Source: Clostridia bacterium (lineage in GTDB: Bacteria; Bacillota; Clostridia; Christensenellales; CAG-138). From it: a stretch of DNA of 64,000 nucleotides. Shown here piece after piece: positions 59,297-64,000 of the stretch. The stretch spans positions 910 to 64,909 of the forward strand of contig JAFWJN010000028.1 in NCBI GenBank assembly GCA_017514685.1, written 5' to 3'. Position numbers and translations under genes: made by a program. Position 1 is the stretch's first letter, and each line of letters starts with the position of its first letter. Below the pieces are notes generated by a model. That model was not told the DNA's origin, made no database searches, and saw only the letters and a list, made by a program, of their open reading frames with translations.

Positions 59297-59665
59297 ATGA
59301 TTCAGCCTCAAACCAGATTGAAAGTCGCGGACAACAGCGGCGCCAAGGAAGTTCAGTGCATTCACATCCTGGGCGGCTCCAAAGTGAAGTTCGCAGGCGT
59401 CGGCGATGTCATCGTGTGCGCAGTTAAGTCTGCAGCACCGGGCGGCGCCGTAAAGAAGAAGGATGTCGTTCGCGCGGTTATCGTCCGCACGACTTCCCAG
59501 ACATCCCGTCCCGATGGCAGCCACATCCGTTTCGACGATAATGCGTGCGTCATCATTAATGATCAGAAGCAGCCGCGCGGCACCCGTATCTTTGGGCCGG
59601 TCGCACGTGAGCTTCGTGAGAAAGACTATATGAAGATCGTCTCTCTCGCACCCGAAGTTCTGTAA
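59297..59665 (+). CDS. rplN: 50S ribosomal protein L14
   Basis: [13 protein letters not shown] and [12 protein letters not shown] motifs. Confidence 0.99.
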   Translation: MIQPQTRLKVADNSGAKEVQCIHILGGSKVKFAGVGDVIVCAVKSAAPGGAVKKKDVVRAVIVRTTSQTSRPDGSHIRFDDNACVIINDQKQPRGTRIFGPVARELREKDYMKIVSLAPEVL

Positions 59666-59678
59666 GGAGGAAAGCAAC

Positions 59679-59996
59679 ATGGCAAAACTGAATGTGAAAA
59701 AAGGCGATACCGTCGTTGTGATCTCCGGCCAGGATAAAGGCAAGCAGGGCAAGATCCTGACTTCGGACCCCCAGAAGGGCCGCGTTTCGGTCCAGGGTGC
59801 CAACATGATCACCAAGCACGTCAAACCCCGTCGTCAGGGCGAGGCAGGCGGCCGGATCGAGACAGAAGGCACGATCGATGCTTCCAACGTTATGCTGGTT
59901 TGCCCCAAGTGCGGCAAAGCGACCCGCGTCGCACACCAGATCGTTGATGGTAAGAAAGTCCGCGTTTGCAAAAAGTGCGGCAAGGTCATGGACTGA
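59679..59996 (+). CDS. rplX: 50S ribosomal protein L24 (CxxC..CxxC type)
   Basis: KKGDTV.VISG.DKGK.G KOW motif; SNV. Confidence 0.98.
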   Translation: MAKLNVKKGDTVVVISGQDKGKQGKILTSDPQKGRVSVQGANMITKHVKPRRQGEAGGRIETEGTIDASNVMLVCPKCGKATRVAHQIVDGKKVRVCKKCGKVMD

Positions 59997-60014
59997 GACG
60001 GAAGGAGATAAACA

Positions 60015-60629
60015 ATGGCAAAGAAAGAAACTGCACAGGCTGCACCCAAAAAGAAGGCTGCAGTACAGGCAAAGCCTTTCAGCGGTGCACCCCGTCTGAA
60101 GACCAAGTATAATGAAGAAGTTGTTCCGGCTCTGCAGGAAAAGTTCAAATATGAGAACGTCATGCAGATCCCGAAGCTCGACAAGATCATCCTGAACATG
60201 GGTCTCGGCTCTGAGAAGGATAATCCCAAGGGCATTGAAAAGGCTGTTGAAGAGCTTTCCAACATTGCCGGTCAGAAAGCAGTCATCACCAAGGCGAAGA
60301 AGTCTGTTGCGAACTTCAAAGTTCGTGAAGGCATGAACATCGGTGCGAAGGTTACTCTCCGCGGCGACCGTATGTATTACTTCGCTGACAAGCTGATGAA
60401 CATCGTTCTCCCGCGCGTCCGCGACTTCCGCGGCGTTTCCGACAAGTCGTTTGACGGCAGAGGAAACTACGCAATGGGCGTCAGAGAACAGCTGATCTTC
60501 CCGGAGATCAACTATGACGATGTTGATAAGACCCGTGGTATGAACATCGTGTTCGTCACGAGCGCACAGACTGACGAAGAAGCCAAAGAGCTTCTGGCAC
60601 TGCTCGGCATGCCGTTCGTCCAGGACTAA
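60015..60629 (+). CDS. rplE: 50S ribosomal protein L5 (Lys/Ala-rich N-terminal extension)
   Basis: [24 protein letters not shown] and EQLIFPEI motifs. Confidence 0.98.
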   Translation: MAKKETAQAAPKKKAAVQAKPFSGAPRLKTKYNEEVVPALQEKFKYENVMQIPKLDKIILNMGLGSEKDNPKGIEKAVEELSNIAGQKAVITKAKKSVANFKVREGMNIGAKVTLRGDRMYYFADKLMNIVLPRVRDFRGVSDKSFDGRGNYAMGVREQLIFPEINYDDVDKTRGMNIVFVTSAQTDEEAKELLALLGMPFVQD

Positions 60630-60645
60630 TGAAGGAGGAACCATT

Positions 60646-60831
60646 ATGGCAAAGACATCTTTGAAGCTGAAGCAGCAGAGAGAGCCCAAGTACTCGACCC
60701 GCGCTTACACCCGTTGCCGTATCTGCGGTCGTCCGCACTCGGTTCTCCGCAAGTATGGCATCTGCCGTATCTGCTTCCGTGAAGAAGCTTATAACGGCAA
60801 CATCCCCGGCGTGCGTAAAGCCAGCTGGTAA
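60646..60831 (+). CDS. rpsN: 30S ribosomal protein S14 type Z (Zn-binding)
   Basis: 61 aa; CRICGR...[13 protein letters not shown]. Confidence 0.97.
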   Translation: MAKTSLKLKQQREPKYSTRAYTRCRICGRPHSVLRKYGICRICFREEAYNGNIPGVRKASW

Positions 60832-60848
60832 TCAGGAGGATTCAGATC

Positions 60849-61241
60849 ATGACAGATACAATTGCAGATATGCTCACCAGAATCCGCAACGCACTGGTTG
60901 CAAAGCATGAAACGGTAGACGTTCCTGCTTCAGCCATCAAGAAGGCGATTGTGGAGATCCTCTTGGAGGAAGGCTACATCAAAGGCTTTGAGATCATCGA
61001 AGAAGGCATCGAAAAAACGATCCGCATCAAACTGAAGTATGGTCCCAACAAGCAGCGCGTCATCGTTGGCATCAAGCGTATTTCCCGTCCGGGTCTGCGC
61101 GTTTATGCCCGTAAGGATGAGATCCCCAAAGTCCTCGGCGGCATGGGTATCGCTATCCTGTCCACATCCCGCGGCGTTATGACCGACCGGGAAGCAAGAA
61201 AACTCGGCGTTGGCGGCGAAGTGCTCGCATACGTCTGGTAA
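60849..61241 (+). CDS. rpsH: 30S ribosomal protein S8
   Basis: [20 protein letters not shown] and GGEV motifs. Confidence 0.99.
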   Translation: MTDTIADMLTRIRNALVAKHETVDVPASAIKKAIVEILLEEGYIKGFEIIEEGIEKTIRIKLKYGPNKQRVIVGIKRISRPGLRVYARKDEIPKVLGGMGIAILSTSRGVMTDREARKLGVGGEVLAYVW

Positions 61242-61261
61242 TTTAAACGGAGGATAATAAA

Positions 61262-61801
61262 ATGTCTCGAATCGGAAAACTTCCGGTCGCAATTCCGGCC
61301 GGAGTGACAATCACGGTCGACAATCATAATTGCGTGACCGTGAAAGGCCCCAAGGGCGAACTGAAGCAAACGGTCTCGCCTGAAATGAAACTTGAACAGG
61401 AAAATGGTCATCTGACCGTTTCCCGTCCGAGTGACGACAAACAGCACCGTGCTCTGCACGGTCTGACCCGCTCTCTGATCAATAACATGGTTCTCGGCGT
61501 AACCGCAGGTTTCGAGAAGAAACTTGAGATCGTCGGTACCGGTTACAGAGCACAGATGGATGGAAAAGACCTCGTTCTGAACCTTGGTTATTCTCATCCG
61601 GTGCGTTTCGCAAAGATGGATGGCATCGAGTTCGAAACGCCCGCCCCGACGAAGATCACGATCAAGGGCATCGACAAGCAGAAGGTCGGCCAGGTTGCGG
61701 CTGATGTTCGCGCAAGCCGTCCGCCGGAACCCTACAAGGGCAAAGGCATCCGCTATGAAGGCGAAACAGTCCTCCGCAAGGAAGGCAAGACCGGTAAGTA
61801 A
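61262..61801 (+). CDS. rplF: 50S ribosomal protein L6
   Basis: MSRIGK, LGYSHP and [11 protein letters not shown] motifs. Confidence 0.99.
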   Translation: MSRIGKLPVAIPAGVTITVDNHNCVTVKGPKGELKQTVSPEMKLEQENGHLTVSRPSDDKQHRALHGLTRSLINNMVLGVTAGFEKKLEIVGTGYRAQMDGKDLVLNLGYSHPVRFAKMDGIEFETPAPTKITIKGIDKQKVGQVAADVRASRPPEPYKGKGIRYEGETVLRKEGKTGK

Positions 61802-61822
61802 GGTAGAAAGGAGTAACATAGA

Positions 61823-62191
61823 ATGTTTTCTAAGATTGATAAGAACTCTGTTCGCAAGGTTCGTCATCATCGTCAGCGCAGAGATCTCAACGGAACATGT
61901 GATCGCCCGAGACTGAATGTCTATCGCAGCACCAATCACATCTACGCTCAGATCATTGACGATACCACTGGTAACACTCTGGCTGCTGCTTCTACTCTGG
62001 ATGCACAGATCAAAGGAGAACTCAATGACAAGACCAAGACCGAAGCCAGCAAGCTCGTCGGAAAACTCATCGGACAGCGTGCTCTCGAAAAGGGCGTCAC
62101 GAAAGTCGTTTTCGATCGCGGCGGTTACCTCTACACAGGCCGTGTAGCGGCAGTTGCTGAAGGCGCTAGAGAAGCAGGCTTGGACTTCTAA
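61823..62191 (+). CDS. rplR: 50S ribosomal protein L18
   Basis: RPRL.VYRS and [12 protein letters not shown]...ARE.GL.F motifs. Confidence 0.99.
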   Translation: MFSKIDKNSVRKVRHHRQRRDLNGTCDRPRLNVYRSTNHIYAQIIDDTTGNTLAAASTLDAQIKGELNDKTKTEASKLVGKLIGQRALEKGVTKVVFDRGGYLYTGRVAAVAEGAREAGLDF

Positions 62192-62203
62192 GGAGGAAAC
62201 GAA

Positions 62204-62716
62204 ATGAGAAACGACAGAGAAAGAAAATTCGAGCGCGAAGTTCCCGAATTCAAAGAAAAGCTCGTTGCAATCAACCGCGTTGCGAAGGTTGTTAAGGGCG
62301 GTAAGAATTTCCGCTTCACCGCGCTGATGGTTGTCGGCAATGAGAACGGCAAAGTCGGCGTAGGTCTCGGCAAAGCAGTTGAAATTCCCGATGCGGTCCG
62401 CAAGGGTGTTGAGGATGCAAAACGCCACATGATCGAAGTACCGGTCGTCGGAACAACGATTCCGCACGAAGTAGAAGGTAAGTTCGGCAAGGGCCATGTC
62501 CGCATGCTCCCCGCTCAGGAAGGTACCGGCGTTATCGCTGGCGGTCCTGCCCGTGCTGTCCTCGAGATGGCAGGCATCAAGGATATCCGGACCAAGTCGT
62601 TCGGTTCCAACAACCCGTCCAACTGCGTCAAAGCAACGCTGAACGGACTGTCACAGCTCCGTACTGCAGAACAGATCGCTGCGCTCCGCGGCAAATCTGT
62701 TGATGAGATTCTGTAA
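62204..62716 (+). CDS. rpsE: 30S ribosomal protein S5
   Basis: [11 protein letters not shown] and GTGVIAGG motifs. Confidence 0.99.
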   Translation: MRNDRERKFEREVPEFKEKLVAINRVAKVVKGGKNFRFTALMVVGNENGKVGVGLGKAVEIPDAVRKGVEDAKRHMIEVPVVGTTIPHEVEGKFGKGHVRMLPAQEGTGVIAGGPARAVLEMAGIKDIRTKSFGSNNPSNCVKATLNGLSQLRTAEQIAALRGKSVDEIL

Positions 62717-62729
62717 GGAGGACCCGATC

Positions 62730-62903
62730 ATGTTGAAAATCACATTGATTAAGAGCCCGATCAGCAGTCTCAAAGATCAGCAGGACACCGTTAAGGCGCT
62801 TGGACTCCGCAAGGTCAATCAGACTGTTGAGAAGCCCGACAATGCGTGCGTTCGCGGCCAGATCTTCAAGGTAAAACACCTTGTTAAGGTCGAAGAAGAG
62901 TAA
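62730..62903 (+). CDS. rpmD: 50S ribosomal protein L30 (true start 62730)
   Basis: [14 protein letters not shown] and V.HLV.V motifs; GGAGG RBS. Confidence 0.96.
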   Translation: MLKITLIKSPISSLKDQQDTVKALGLRKVNQTVEKPDNACVRGQIFKVKHLVKVEEE

Positions 62904-62917
62904 GGAGGGTCAACAAT

Positions 62918-63358
62918 ATGAAGATCCATGAATTAAGACCGACCGAAGGTGCAACTCATGCGCCGAAGCGCGTTGGACGCGGCACCGGTTCCGGTATCGG
63001 TAAAACTTCCGCAAAGGGTCACAAGGGCCAGAAAGCCCGCAGTGGCAGCAAGAAGAACGGTTTCGAAGGCGGTCAGATGCCTCTGACCCGTCGCCTCCCG
63101 AAGCGCGGCTTCTACAATCACTTTGCAAAAGAGTATACCATCATCAACATTTCCGACCTGAATGGGTTGGAGGACAATACCACGGTCACTGCTGAGCTGC
63201 TGAAAGAATACGGCATTATCAGCAAGATCGAAAAGGACGGCCTGAAGGTTCTGGGTGGCGGCGAGCTCACAAAAGCACTCACCGTCAAGGCTGCCAAGTT
63301 CTCGAAATCCGCAGAGGAAGCCATCCGGAATGCAGGCGGAAACGTTGAGGTGCTCTAA
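62918..63358 (+). CDS. rplO: 50S ribosomal protein L15
   Basis: RVGRG.GSG.GKT and [16 protein letters not shown] motifs. Confidence 0.99.
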   Translation: MKIHELRPTEGATHAPKRVGRGTGSGIGKTSAKGHKGQKARSGSKKNGFEGGQMPLTRRLPKRGFYNHFAKEYTIINISDLNGLEDNTTVTAELLKEYGIISKIEKDGLKVLGGGELTKALTVKAAKFSKSAEEAIRNAGGNVEVL

Positions 63359-64000
63359 TGCTTAGCACATTCATCAACGCTTTTAAAATCAAGGACATCC
63401 GTAAGAAGATCCTGTATACGCTTCTTCTGATCGTTGTCTACCGCCTCGGAAGTGCGATTCCGATTCCGGGTGTCAACCTGGAAGCATGGAAAGCAGCCAC
63501 TTCTCAGCTGTCGGCGATGTCTGACTTCATGAGCTTGATGTCAGGTTCTGCGTTCTCGCAGTTCACGATCTTCGCAATGGGTATTTCCCCGTACATCACC
63601 GCATCCATTATCCTGCAGCTTCTCACGATGGCGATTCCCGCCCTTGAGAAGATGAGCAAAGAAGATGACGGACGCGAGAAGATTGAGCGGATCACCCGTT
63701 ACGCAGGAGTCGGACTTGCTGTTGTTCAGTCGACCGGTATCGTTATTTCCTACAATAACGTGATCAAGAACTCCTACGGTTCTCCGATCGTAAACGGCAC
63801 AGGCTGGGCATTTGCAGGAAACATCGCAGTTGTTGCGATCTGCGCAGCTGCAGGTACCGCGTTCCTGATGTGGCTCGGTGAGCGGATCACGGAAAAGGGA
63901 ATCGGAAACGGTATTTCGCTTCTGATCTTCGCTTCCATCGTATCCCGTGTTGACGAGTTCATTATCGAGCGCGTCCAGGCGATCGCAGCAGACCCGGCTT
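63358..64000 (+). CDS. secY: Preprotein translocase SecY (3' end outside window)
   Basis: [21 protein letters not shown]...YRLGS.IP.PG, IFAMGISPYITASIILQLL and WLGERITEKGIGNGISL motifs. Confidence 0.97.
   Translation, partial: MLSTFINAFKIKDIRKKILYTLLLIVVYRLGSAIPIPGVNLEAWKAATSQLSAMSDFMSLMSGSAFSQFTIFAMGISPYITASIILQLLTMAIPALEKMSKEDDGREKIERITRYAGVGLAVVQSTGIVISYNNVIKNSYGSPIVNGTGWAFAGNIAVVAICAAAGTAFLMWLGERITEKGIGNGISLLIFASIVSRVDEFIIERVQAIAADPA

Noticed and set aside
61103-62497. 464-aa minus-strand ORF (also 59556-60689, 56021-56863, 54781-55494)
   Set aside because: Antisense shadows of strongly codon-biased ribosomal genes; no RBS or recognisable motifs
1-64000. CRISPR arrays, tRNA/rRNA genes, integron or retron-like elements
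   Set aside because: No regularly spaced repeats, cloverleaf/rRNA signatures, integrase or reverse transcriptase seen; short degenerate repeats could be missed without computation

Overview
Chromosomal, mostly housekeeping window from a spore-forming Bacillota (class Clostridia; the N-terminally extended L22 hints at a Christensenellales-like lineage, low confidence). Order: 3' end of tuf; a small AT-rich island (membrane-anchored protein with a tandem repeat, a frameshifted gene, an IS3 remnant); a YheO-regulator/ygeY/ygeW mini-operon; tmcAL divergent from pta-ackA; recJ-rel-dtd-MBL-hemZ; glnA; an lgt-like gene; leuS-mscS-glycerate kinase; TetR-CPBP; thyA-folA-GNAT; a heterodimeric ABC exporter; degV; glgP; an 8-gene envelope-acylation-like locus; amylase/prsW/methyltransferase/spoIID; dnaD-like, dnaC-like, rsmI; and the S10-spc ribosomal cluster up to a partial secY. 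The best candidate for an undescribed system is 35970-46953. It joins a Dlt-like acyl relay to two membrane-anchored Ig-stalk transglutaminase-like enzymes, a lipoprotein and a MATE exporter. The relay comprises an adenylation enzyme with a non-D-Ala pocket, a carrier protein, an MBOAT ending in a fused FIYNRF Tyr-shuttle motif, and a DltD/SGNH-like enzyme whose nucleophile is Cys (GDC). Other notable signals: a DHFR whose NADPH 2'-phosphate site is replaced by acidic residues, a probable standalone sRNA with a C-rich loop between degV and glgP, an unusual glnA promoter/leader, and back-to-back apparently leaderless spoIID and dnaD-like genes. No tRNA, rRNA or CRISPR array was seen. All calls come from motif recognition by eye; no database searches were run.
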